Shown: positions 24,369 through 36,684 of the stretch, one piece after another | How the letters are laid out: every line of letters begins with the position of its first letter | How positions within the stretch are numbered: the first letter of the stretch is position 1 | NCBI GenBank assembly: GCA_951406725.2 | Contig: OX597817.1 | Span: forward strand, 88,474,001 to 88,538,000 | Source of the DNA: Octopus vulgaris | Taxonomy: Eukaryota | Direction: 5' to 3' | Length of the DNA stretch: 64,000 nt | Position numbers and translations under genes: made by a program | The notes under the pieces: generated by a model | Database searches by the model: none | What the model was told of the DNA's origin: nothing | Seen by the model: only the letters and a program-made list of their open reading frames with translations

Positions 24369-25045
24369 TCTATATATATAAAACTCAACTTGTGTGTCTG
24401 TGTCTGTGTCTGTGTCTGTGTGTGTGTCTGTGTGTTTAACTTCCCGGCACATCTCCTCCTAGCCAACAAATCGTAGAACCACCAAAAATGGGTCACTTAA
24501 AGTTTAGGCGAATGAAAATTGAACTGCGCTATTTCTGTTCCAAAATTCATCTCGCAAGTGCAAAAATCGATAATGTGTTTGTTTAGGCCTTATCCCATGC
24601 ATTGAATAGTGAAGTTTACTCAGTCAGCTGTTTGACTTGAACTGTGTTCACCACACGTGCAAGCATGCGTAAATTGCATGAAAAATAAAAAATCAAGATA
24701 TAAAACGAATCGCTGTAAACATTGTAGAAATTCGGCAAAGAAATGAATTTTCGGGATGTAGCCTGGAGGGTTTTTTCGTATTAATCATTTGGACTTTGTG
24801 AACACATACCAATTGTTTTCATAACATTTTTAACGCTTTGAATTAAATGTGACCATTTTGTGTTGAGTCTGCAGTTTGAATCACTTTAACCAAATTTTAG
24901 CAGGCCGGATTTTTGATCATCACGATACATCGCCAGCGACTCCCTGAAACTCTCCCCTAAAATCCCCGGTGAGAAATCTATATATAAAAAACTCAACTTG
25001 TGTGTCTGTGTGTGTATCTGTGTGTGTGTGTGAGCGTTTAACTTT
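24369..25045 (+). mobile_element. Helitron-like 5' ends in tandem (second at 24977)
   Basis: a|TCtatatatataaaactcaacttgtgtgtctg...gtttaactt occurs twice; no CTAG 3' end seen. Confidence 0.45.
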
Positions 25046-25094
25046 TGGATCTACCAAGTTTCATTATTAAGGATGGAAAGTAGTGTGTAGCAAA

Positions 25095-25728
25095 TCTATA
25101 TATATAAGGCAAGCTGGAAAAGGCGGCGAGCTGGCAGAGACGTTAGCACGCCAGGCGAAATGCGTAGCCGTATTTCGTCTGCTGCTACGTTGTGAGTTCA
25201 AATTCCGCCGAGGTCAACTTTACCTTTCATCCTTTCGGGGTCGATTAAATAAGTACCAGTTACGCACTGGTGTCGATATAATCGACTTAATCCGTTTGTT
25301 TGTCCTCTCTGTGTTTAGCCCCTTGTGGGTAGTAAAGAAATATATATATATAAAGCTGAAGTTGTCTGTGTGTGGCAGGTTTGGTAGCCTTCAACTAACA
25401 CTATCTCCTTCAAGACCCTGCAGCGCAACTTGACAAAAATTGAGAGTATGATAGAAGAAGGCTTGCTTTTCATTCTGTAGAAGATAAAATTCAAATCGGA
25501 CCATGTTAACACCAAAAATTATTTACTTCAAAAAGGTGCTTTTTTTCTATGAAAATCCCTATTTTTTACGATTTTTGACTGCTGTGTCACCATTTATCGG
25601 TGTATTTCAACTGGAAAAATGTTCAATTGAAGAGAATAACAAGTTGCATAATGCAAATTTTTTACTTTTCAAAAATTCCAATTCTAAAGGGTCAAAACAA
25701 ACCCAGCAACACCAGGTGATACTGCTAG
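25095..25728 (+). mobile_element. Non-autonomous Helitron (start uncertain: 25095 or ~25341), interrupted by a SINE
   Basis: a|TC-tatatata start; subterminal imperfect hairpin cccagcaacaccagg, then tgatactgCTAG|t at 25725-25728. Confidence 0.6.
25122..25340 (+). mobile_element. SINE family A, near full length, young
   Basis: A-box-like tggcagagacgttagc, B-box-like gagttcaaattcc, CpG-rich; multiple copies in the window. Confidence 0.85.
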
Positions 25729-26068
25729 TATATATATACATACATATATATATACACACACACACACACTCTTGGAGTGTGTATGAAAGTATGTATATAT
25801 ACATTTTTCTTTTGGCAAATGTGTGGGTGCGCATATGTGTGTGTTTCAAGTGAGGGTGGATGAGTATATACATATAGGCACATGTACGTTGGTGTGTGGG
25901 CACGCATGTGCATGCATGGACATGCTTGCTTACGCAATTGCTATGAACATTTTTACTTCCTTACCTTTATGCGGTCATTCTAATAGCTCTTTTGTCTTAA
26001 TAATGGTCAATCATACAGTAATTTCACTTTGTTTAACAGTCATTTTCATAGCATTTTTTTGATGGTCC

Positions 26069-26129
26069 GATAACTGAAGAGATGCCGGCGTGGGTTTCCA
26101 CCCTGACATCCGAAACTCGGAGTTTTATC
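26069..26129 (+). ncRNA. Minimal type I hammerhead ribozyme-like motif in a small repeat
   Basis: gataa-CUGAAGA-[gatgccgg c gtgg gttt ccac c ctgacatc c]-GAAA-cucggag-UU-ttatc; stem I gataa/ttatc; near-palindromic stem III. Confidence 0.6.
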
Positions 26130-26356
26130 ATGGCTACCGAATAAATTTCACATATTATATTTACAGATAAATTCCTCTATTTACATAATATCATGGTCTC
26201 TTTCATTCTTTTGTTGTCTTACCATTTCCCGAATGACCTGTCCTTGTTTACTTTGTATCATGTATCTTGATGTTTTGTTGTCCCTTTTTGTATCACCTAG
26301 TTGTCCAGATGTTTTGCATTCTTGTCAGATTTTGTATTTTATATATATATATATAT

Positions 26357-26757
26357 CTCTTTTACTTGTTTCAGTCATTTGACTGCGGCCATGCTGGAGC
26401 ACCGCCTTTTTTTTTAGTCGAGCAAATCGACCCCAGGACTTATTCTTTGTAAGCCCAGTACTTATTCTATCGGTCTCTTTTGCCGAACCGCAAAGTGATG
26501 GGGACGTAAACACACCAGCATCGGTTGTCAAGCAATGCTAGGGGGACAAACACAGACACACAAACACATACACACATATATATATATACATATATACGAC
26601 AGGCTTCTTTCAGTTTCCGTCTACCAAATCCACTCACAAGGCATTGGTCGGCCCGGGGCTATAGCAGAAGACACTTGCCCAAGATGCCACGCAGTGGGAC
26701 TGAACCCGGAACAATGTGATTGGTTAGCAAGCTACTTACCACACAGCCACTCCTGCG

Positions 26758-26760
<3 letters not shown>
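26357..26760 (-). mobile_element. SINE family B, full length, young
   Basis: Minus strand aggcgcaggagtggctgtgtggtaag...gggttcagtcccactgcgtggc...; flanked by (TA)n. Confidence 0.85.
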
Positions 26761-26790
<30 letters not shown>

Positions 26791-26801
<11 letters not shown>

Positions 26802-27673
26802 TAATAAATAAAACATATGTATATATATATATACATATATGTATGTACCTACCTCTACATGTATATATACACGCATATATGAGTACAGGACAAATAACAC
26901 AAGCAAAAAACCCCTTCTTCAGTCGCCATGGTTTCATCTACTCTACATTTTGAAGGTGAAGGTAAGACGTATCTTTGATAGAAACTTTCCTTCCTGCGAA
27001 AAGCAAATCAAATAAAATTTGAGATCTTTTTGCAGAGGGGTAAAAATGGTAACAAAAACAGGACAGTAACGACAGTACAAAATATAAGCAGTAAAAGACA
27101 GGATAAGGAAAATAACAAGACAAGAAGGGCTGTTAAGCCGAACGAAATAAAGTATTACGAACGCTATTTCTGTGGACGGCGAAGGGGGCAAAGAAAATTG
27201 CCGTCCACACCTCAAGAAGGTCGGGCGAGAAAGAAGGTGGCAAGGCTCCCGGCACGGGTTAACGGCGGGAGGGAGGAGGAGGAGTAAGAGAAAGGGAGAG
27301 AAGAAAGGGGAATGGTTGTGAGGAAACCAGAAAGAATGAAGAATGAGAGAGAGGGAGAGAGAGAGAGTGAAGAATGAGAGAGAGGGAGAGACAGTTAAGT
27401 GGAAGAAAAAGAAATCAAAGAATGAAGGCTGAGAAAGGGAGGGGACAGAAAGGTTAAGAGTGCGCATCAAAATTAATATCAAGAACAATCTTACTTAGAA
27501 AGGGATGCATGCATTCCGTCATATAATATATTAATAAATAAAACATATGCATATATATATACATATATGTACGTACCTACCTCTACATGTATATATACAT
27601 GCATATATGAGTACAGGACACCAAAAAAACGTCGAACACAATGAGAAACGAAAACATAGACACAAACCCAAGG

Positions 27674-27675
<2 letters not shown>
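26791..27675. mobile_element. Non-coding TA-anchored element with ~100-bp direct repeats
   Basis: 26791-26892 repeats at 27521-27620; both ends abut (TA)n. Confidence 0.55.
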
Positions 27676-27703
<28 letters not shown>

Positions 27704-27707
<4 letters not shown>

Positions 27708-28361
27708 TACAAAATTAGAGAATGGAGAAACATACTTAAATCAGTAAAACATCAACTATCCGATGATACTCAATCCATACTTTAATACACCATTACATAT
27801 GAGTAAAGGCAATATATAAAATGAAATATACAGTAATAGTAAAAGTAAAAAGATAAAGAGATATAAGTAAAAAATTTCAAATATAATATGCAAATAAATC
27901 AAAACTGACAGCTGTTTCGGCAGTGAGGACAGTCATACCTCATTTAACCTATAAGCCATAAAGGCAGGTATAAATGAGGCATTAACAAGGATGCCCCACG
28001 GCCTCTTCAGAGAATTAAATTAAATTTGTTATAATAGTGAAAAATATTATATAATCATATACATATAAATATAAAAATATAAAAATGTAAAATATAAAAA
28101 CTTATACATCATAATGCTACACTTATATAATATAATACACATTTGTACAAAAAGGAAGGTAAACAGAACAAAATAAAACAAAATATATAACAGTGTATAT
28201 ATTAATATTAATAAGTACCGATATTATACATATTTGGCTAATAGTTTTGTTTTTTTTTATAAAAAAAAAAAGGGCTAACACATATGGAGATGAAAAATAA
28301 TAATTAAATCCGTGGTACAGTTCATAAAATTCTAAAGCTATAAAAGTTAATAAAAATTACT

Positions 28362-28425
<64 letters not shown>

Positions 28426-30630
28426 TAATAAAAATAGATACAGTTAAGTTAGCACCAAGTCCATCCTTTCAAGATCGAAATAACTATGAGTTAAGAAATG
28501 CTGACCACTAGGTAAAGAAAATTTAGATTAATTCGATTGGCTATTGGTTTGAAATTTAAATCACAAAAGAAAATTATACGGTTGGTTAGTCAGGGAACGC
28601 CAATATTCACACACGCATCTACAGATCAATCGCACATACACACATAGTTATATGTATATACATACACTTATACACATACATAATCACAAGCAACAACTAG
28701 CACTTAGATAAACAAAAAAGGGAAGCAACTATGCTAACATTTAGTCCTTCAAAATTATAACTGAGCCTCAATAACAAAAAAAGAACCATCCATGCATTCT
28801 ATAAAATATTTAATTTAGATATAAATATATTTTTAAATATCAGTATGTTACTAATTCAGATAATTATTTCATGGGTAACTTAAAATTTATAACACCGGTT
28901 TGTTGCAGAGTAAACATACGGTTGTTAGGTTTATCGTAAGTTTGTTATGATTTTAAGTACGCTAAATTATAAAATATAAAATATAAAATATATATTAATT
29001 TAAATATTATAAATAAGTCACTTATTAACTTAATAAATATAGTGCCATAATATACCAGTTTAGGCATTAAAGAATAGAAGGGGAAGTATTAATGTAAACG
29101 CTTATGAGAACATCACAGAAATTTTAAATAAATTTTATATTATAAAGACTTAAGATGAAAAGAGATAAAATAAATAAAAAGGAATAAATACGAAGGAATA
29201 AATACGGTTATACACATAATTATAAGTACAAACTAGTATATATGTATTCATATATTATTAAAATTAAATAAAAATAAATGATAGATAAGTATGTATAAAA
29301 CTACACCAGTATAAGTAAATAAGTAAAAAATAAATAGGTAACAAATTAGATGACTTGATATGTATGTAAACATCTACACTTAAATAGGCAAATAAATAAA
29401 TAAATAGAAGACTAGATGCAAAGATTGATAATATTACAATAAAATGGGAAATAAATAAAAATAAATAAAGTGAATATATATATTTTATATTGTTGAAAGT
29501 AAATATGTATGGAAGGATAGTTTAAAGTACAGATCCAGAGGACTATAGATATAAACTAAATATATGAGGCTGGTAATAATTATAAAGCAAAATGCATGTA
29601 AATGAGAAAATGAAAAAAATGAAAAAGGTTTATCAGTGAATAGCATAAGATACAAATTAAGGTGAGTACAAAAAGACCAAATATATAATAAAAACCTTCC
29701 AAATAAACACATACAAAAAACCTATAATCTCAACCTAAACCCACCAAACTCACAAAAGGCTCTCATATATTACATATTATACAATATCATTACATTATCT
29801 AGAGCTAGGTATCTAACCAAGATATACATATATACTATGCAATATACTATGCAATATTGGAAAACTTCAAAAATCACACATTACAAGGCAAATACCAAAA
29901 TGAATATGTTATTTTATGTCATATTGCATTTCTCTTAAAAAAACAAACAAAAACCCACATACAAAAACCAAGAAACCAATAATACTAGACACATCCATTA
30001 ATTATTATACAAATGTAGCTATAAAAATTATAAAATTATGAAATTTATAAATTGTATACTTTAGAATTATAGAAGACCACAGGTATATTTAGTTAAAGAA
30101 GGGAATTAAAAAATTAATAATAGTGGAAGTGCTAAGTTCTATTTGAATCTAGAAAAGGTGAACGGTAGCCTATGAATACAAAAGAAGTTTTTCTCATTAA
30201 TGTTGTTAATAATTTGCCGACCCGCTTTAATAATGAAGAAAATTTCATTAATACATAGAGAGCATTTTTTATTTTTTCCATTATACACAGGTGCTGAAGT
30301 TAGTATTTTCCAGTTTAATCTAAAATCTAAGTTCTTACTTTTAAGTTCCCAAATGTATGCACTTAGCCCTGTAGAGTACATTCTATTTTTATTCCTAAAA
30401 GTATATCTGTGATAATTCCATCTTTGTTTTATGCTATTCATAGTTGCCCCGATATACACCCTACTACTCAAATGTGTATCTACAGTGCATTGGTAAACTA
30501 CCTCCTTCCTGAGGCATTGATTACCAAATACACATTTATTTTTATTTCTGCAATTACAAAGATTAACAGAATGAGGAAATCTAAGATTGGACACCACCCC
30601 TATACTACTATTCACATTATAAGTGTTACA
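27704..30630 (-). repeat. Inverted 2.9-kb copy of the PLE 3' part (GIY-YIG coding region, 3'UTR, most of the pLTR)
   Basis: ORF 30139-30615 (-) is identical to the C-terminus of ORF 33724-34917; junction at 30628-30630 has 3-bp microhomology (aca). Confidence 0.95.
27907..28010 (-). ncRNA. PLE hammerhead ribozyme, antisense copy
   Basis: Reverse complement of 31454-31557. Confidence 0.75.
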
Positions 30631-31049
30631 TACTGATATTTAAAAATATATTTATATCTAAATTAAATATTTTATAGAATGCATGGATGGTTCTTTTTTT
30701 GTTATTGAGGCTCAGTTATAATTTTGAAGGACTAAATGTTAGCATAGTTGCTTCCCTTTTTGTTTATCTAAGTGCTAGTTGTTGCTTGTGATTATGTATG
30801 TGTATAAGTGTATGTATATACATATAACTATGTGTGTATGTGCGATTGATCTGTAGATGCGTGTGTGAATATTGGCGTTCCCTGACTAACCAACCGTATA
30901 ATTTTCTTTTGTGATTTAAATTTCAAACCAATAGCCAATCGAATTAATCTAAATTTTCTTTACCTAGTGGTCAGCATTTCTTAACTCATAGTTATTTCGA
31001 TCTTGAAAGGATGGACTTGGTGCTAACTTAACTGTATCTATTTTTATTA

Positions 31050-31110
<61 letters not shown>

Positions 31111-31939
31111 AGTAATTTTTATTAACTTTTATAGCTTTAGAATTTTATGAACTGTACCACGGATTTAATTATTATTTTTCATCTCCATATGTGTTAGCCC
31201 TTTTTTTTTATAAAAAAAACTATTAGCCAAATATGTATAATATCGGTACTTATTAATATTAATATATACACTGTTATATATTTTGTTTTATTTTGTTCTG
31301 TTTACCTTCCTTTTTGTACAAATGTGTATTATATTATATAAGTGTAGCATTATGATGTATAAGTTTTTATATTTTACATTTTTATATTTTTATATTTATA
31401 TGTATATGATTATATAATATTTTTCACTATTATAACAAATTTAATTTAATTCTCTGAAGAGGCCGTGGGGCATCCTTGTTAATGCCTCATTTATACCTGC
31501 CTTTATGGCTTATAGGTTAAATGAGGTATGACTGTCCTCACTGCCGAAACAGCTGTCAGTTTTGATTTATTTGCATATTATATTTGAAATTTTTTACTTA
31601 TATCTCTTTATCTTTTTACTTTTACTATTACTGTATATCTCATTTCATTTTATATATTGCCTTTACTCATATGTAATGGTGTATTAAAGTATGGATTGAG
31701 TATCATCGGATAGTTGATGTTTTACTGATTTAAGTATGTTTCTCCATTCTCTAATTTTGTAGTATTAATTTACGGTAATATTATTACCTTTACCCATTTA
31801 ATACAATAGATGAACTGATTGCTTGACAATTTTTAACATCTATGTATTAATTTTGTTGGGTACCTATCTAGCAGTATATTGGATATATATTATCCCATGG
31901 TGGGTTGAATTTTCAACCCCTATCTCATTTTATAACCTA
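30631..31939 (+). repeat. 5' pseudo-LTR of the PLE
   Basis: Matches 36211-37514; by eye it differs only in (TTA)n length (18 vs 16 units) and a T-run (9 vs 10). Confidence 0.95.
31454..31557 (+). ncRNA. Minimal type I hammerhead ribozyme with extended stem II (PLE pLTR)
   Basis: CUGAAGA 31454-31460, stem II GGC...GCC 31461-31545, GAAA 31546-31549, palindromic CAGCUG stem III, GUC cleavage triplet ending 31557. Confidence 0.78.
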
Positions 31940-32075
31940 AATTTATCTTTTGAGGAACCTGAATTGCTCATACTGGTGTAATATAAGCATCCATTTATTG
32001 ATTTAAATATTAATAGTGCATGTGAATACACCCTAGTGTAGTATATTTGTTCCTTTGATCATTACTGCTAGAAGA

Positions 32076-34917
32076 ATGGAGAAAATACTGATCAATTCAT
32101 CAATGAAGGATGTACCTATCCCTACCAAGGACCATTACACTAAAGAACTAATTTATAGAATGAATGAATTCATCCACAGGATCAGATGGAGGATTTTCCA
32201 CCATGAGAACTATAATAATAAAATAAACCAACAACACACTAGGGAAACGATCCGTAATGGAATTGGAAGCACCTATGAAGAAATATTAAAACTAACAGGC
32301 ACTACATTTAAATCTAGAAAGTCTCCTCCACCAAATATACATCTAGACAATTTTGAACAAGAACTATGGGAGACTGTAAAAAACATAAAATTTAGAAATC
32401 ATCCTTTAAGATATAACCCGCACCAAAGAGAATTGAAAGACTTAATTAGAACTCTCAAAGGTAAGAGCGGCATTCTAACACATTCTGACAAAACCAACAA
32501 CATCTACAACATTGACATTACTGCATATCATGATCTTCTACACAAGGAAATAACCAAGAAATACAAAGTAGTACCTTCTAGTACACTTAGAAAACTGAAC
32601 CTGGAGATCAGAGAAATCATATTTGACTACTACCTAGAAGAAAAAACGGAACCCTACACCCCATCCAGACCGAGAATTACACTAAAGGATCATAAAGAGA
32701 ATTTTCTTGGAAACACACAGGTCAGATTAATTTGCCCCACTAAATCTGACTTAGGCAGACTAAGTAAACTCATTCTAGATAAATATCTACCCACCATCCG
32801 CAATAAAATCAAACTAAACCTTTGGAAGAATACTCAGGGTGCTTTGGATTGGTTTTCTGCCATTAAGGTCTGTGACAGTAACAACTTTAGCTATAATAGA
32901 AATAAATTTATACAATTCGATATACAGAATTATTACACTTCAATTAACCCTATTATATTAAATAAGTCCTTAATTTTTGCTAGAAAACACACTAAATTAA
33001 GTATGGGGGAGATTAAGGTTATACTAACAGCCAGGAAAACTTTAATAGAGTTTGATAATAAACTTTGGGCTAGAAAGGACACACCCAACTTGTTCGATAT
33101 CACAATGGGATCGCCGGACTCAGCGGAGGTGACTGATCTAGTTGGGATGTATCTATTAGATAACTTTAGTAGGGAATTCCCTGAATTAAAAGGTGGATTA
33201 TACAGGGATGACGCCTTATTTTGTGTTAGGAATACATCAAATAGGAGATTAGATCTTCTGAAAAAAAGAATAAATAAATTTTTTAAAAGCTTCGGCCTAT
33301 CCATTATCATTGAAAGTGAAAATTATTCTGCTAATTATTTAGATGTTAATTGTAACATTACTAATGGTTTACATGAACCCTATATTAAACCTAATTCTAA
33401 CCTAATATACATTAACCGTTCTAGTAATCACCCCCTCAAATTAAAAATGCACTAGTGCGTAGCATTAGTCAGAGAATTTCTAGTTTATCCTCAAACGAGG
33501 AAATTTTTAACAAACACTGTGATAGATACAATGCAGCATTACTTAAGGCAGGATATAAAAGTAAGATTTGGTTTATACCTAAGGGGAACCCCCTAATGGA
33601 GGTAGAACTATCAGGAACAACACAAATAGATTTAGGATAATCAACAATATACATAAGAATAGTAAAAATAGAATATATGATAACACCTATAATAAATGTA
33701 GAAGTGACGTTAACCTTGGAAAGGTGAACGGTAGCTCAAATAGATCTAAACATACGGGTAATAGTAGTAATATTAATAATAATATACGAATTAAAACTTA
33801 TGGTAGACATGATAATGGTAAAGTTTACTTGCGCAATAACCATGGTAATATTGATATAGATAGATATAACAATGACAGTGGTAAGAATAGTAATCCTATG
33901 AGTTGGTCTACGAATAGGATTTTTACAAATAACATTAATTCTATAGGCAATCCTAATTCTGATAAGGATACTCTTTGGTTGATTATCCCGTATGCAATGC
34001 AGATTAAAACAAACATAGTGAGAGCTTTGCATAATGTTATTTTTAGGCATTTTGGTAAGGATAGGAATAAATTTAGTCCTTTAATTAACAACGGTACTGT
34101 TAGAGTGGGATATAGCATTACTCATAATCTAGCCACCATTATCTCCTCTTTTAATAACAAGAAACTGGATCACTTCTATAAGGATAGAAAATTGAATTTA
34201 GACCAGGAAAACTTGCCCCTCTTCATTAATAATAGGAATAGAAATTTTCTTGGAACAAATGGGAACAACCTCCTTACTAATAATGAGTGCACCATACCTG
34301 TCAGAGATAATATAAATGTAATAGATCATACTACTACTACCAATACTAGTACTAGTGATAGGAATATAGCCGATAATGTGAAATTAACTCATTCGTTGAT
34401 TTTGGGTTTGGATGATGATAACAATTGTAACACTTATAATGTGAATAGTAGTATAGGGGTGGTGTCCAATCTTAGATTTCCTCATTCTGTTAATCTTTGT
34501 AATTGCAGAAATAAAAATAAATGTGTATTTGGTAATCAATGCCTCAGGAAGGAGGTAGTTTACCAATGCACTGTAGATACACATTTGAGTAGTAGGGTGT
34601 ATATCGGGGCAACTATGAATAGCATAAAACAAAGATGGAATTATCACAGATATACTTTTAGGAATAAAAATAGAATGTACTCTACAGGGCTAAGTGCATA
34701 CATTTGGGAACTTAAAAGTAAGAACTTAGATTTTAGATTAAACTGGAAAATACTAACTTCAGCACCTGTGTATAATGGAAAAAATAAAAAATGCTCTCTA
34801 TGTATTAATGAAATTTTCTTCATTATTAAAGCGGGTCGGCAAATTATTAACAACATTAATGAGAAAAACTTCTTTTGTATTCATAGGCTACCGTTCACCT
34901 TTTCTAGATTCAAATAG
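32076..34917 (+). CDS. PLE polyprotein, RT + GIY-YIG endonuclease (~947 aa if two 1-bp losses at 33431-33435 and 33589-33593 are restored)
   Basis: SMKDVPIP..FIHRIRWR; FIQFDIQNYYTSI; FDITMGSPDSAEVTDLVG; GLYRDDAL; NYLDV; SSNHP; CNCR..C..C; VVY..VYIG..R..H; CSLCINE; CIH. Confidence 0.92.
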
Positions 34918-36210
34918 AACTTAGCACTTCCACTATTATTAATTTTTTAATTCCCTTCTTTAACTAAATATACCTGTGGTCTTCTATAATTCTAAAGTAT
35001 ACAATTTATAAATTTCATAATTTTATAATTTTTATAGCTACATTTGTATAATAATTAATGGATGTGTCTAGTATTATTGGTTTCTTGGTTTTTGTATGTG
35101 GGTTTTTGTTTGTTTTTTTAAGAGAAATGCAATATGACATAAAATAACATATTCATTTTGGTATTTGCCTTGTAATGTGTGATTTTTGAAGTTTTCCAAT
35201 ATTGCATAGTATATTGCATAGTATATATGTATATCTTGGTTAGATACCTAGCTCTAGATAATGTAATGATATTGTATAATATGTAATATATGAGAGCCTT
35301 TTGTGAGTTTGGTGGGTTTAGGTTGAGATTATAGGTTTTTTGTATGTGTTTATTTGGAAGGTTTTTATTATATATTTGGTCTTTTTGTACTCACCTTAAT
35401 TTGTATCTTATGCTATTCACTGATAAACCTTTTTCATTTTTTTCATTTTCTCATTTACATGCATTTTGCTTTATAATTATTACCAGCCTCATATATTTAG
35501 TTTATATCTATAGTCCTCTGGATCTGTACTTTAAACTATCCTTCCATACATATTTACTTTCAACAATATAAAATATATATATTCACTTTATTTATTTTTA
35601 TTTATTTCCCATTTTATTGTAATATTATCAATCTTTGCATCTAGTCTTCTATTTATTTATTTATTTGCCTATTTAAGTGTAGATGTTTACATACATATCA
35701 AGTCATCTAATTTGTTACCTATTTATTTTTTACTTATTTACTTATACTGGTGTAGTTTTATACATACTTATCTATCATTTATTTTTATTTAATTTTAATA
35801 ATATATGAATACATATATACTAGTTTGTACTTATAATTATGTGTATAACCGTATTTATTCCTTCGTATTTATTCCTTTTTATTTATTTTATCTCTTTTCA
35901 TCTTAAGTCTTTATAATATAAAATTTATTTAAAATTTCTGTGATGTTCTCATAAGCGTTTACATTAATACTTCCCCTTCTATTCTTTAATGCCTAAACTG
36001 GTATATTATGGCACTATATTTATTAAGTTAATAAGTGACTTATTTATAATATTTAAATTAATATATATTTTATATTTTATATTTTATAATTTAGCGTACT
36101 TAAAATCATAACAAACTTACGATAAACCTAACAACCGTATGTTTACTCTGCAACAAACCGGTGTTATAAATTTTAAGTTACCCATGAAATAATTATCTGA
36201 ATTAGTAACA

Positions 36211-36629
36211 TACTGATATTTAAAAATATATTTATATCTAAATTAAATATTTTATAGAATGCATGGATGGTTCTTTTTTTGTTATTGAGGCTCAGTTATA
36301 ATTTTGAAGGACTAAATGTTAGCATAGTTGCTTCCCTTTTTGTTTATCTAAGTGCTAGTTGTTGCTTGTGATTATGTATGTGTATAAGTGTATGTATATA
36401 CATATAACTATGTGTGTATGTGCGATTGATCTGTAGATGCGTGTGTGAATATTGGCGTTCCCTGACTAACCAACCGTATAATTTTCTTTTGTGATTTAAA
36501 TTTCAAACCAATAGCCAATCGAATTAATCTAAATTTTCTTTACCTAGTGGTCAGCATTTCTTAACTCATAGTTATTTCGATCTTGAAAGGATGGACTTGG
36601 TGCTAACTTAACTGTATCTATTTTTATTA

Positions 36630-36684
<55 letters not shown>

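Noticed and set aside
25122-25210. tRNA gene
   Set aside because: Only A/B-box-like heads of multi-copy SINEs; no full cloverleaf
26911-26965. Hammerhead-like CUGAAGA on the minus strand
   Set aside because: The partner GAAA box is degenerate (caaaa) and the stems could not be paired convincingly
14599-27747. Many ORFs with YIYI, HTHT, poly-D/M/I runs
   Set aside because: They are translations of (TA)n, (CA)n and (CAT)n microsatellites
30139-30615. Independent GIY-YIG homing endonuclease gene
   Set aside because: It is the inverted copy of the PLE C-terminus and lacks an ATG start (it begins at GTG)
32076-34917. Selenocysteine (in-frame UGA) recoding as described for some Naiad PLEs
   Set aside because: The ORF breaks are frameshifts ending in TAG/TAA; the restored frame has no in-frame TGA
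29485-35571. 75-aa hydrophobic ORF present twice (29485-29712 on -, 35344-35571 on +)
   Set aside because: The duplication comes from the inverted arm, and the composition reflects a T-rich UTR; no family resemblance
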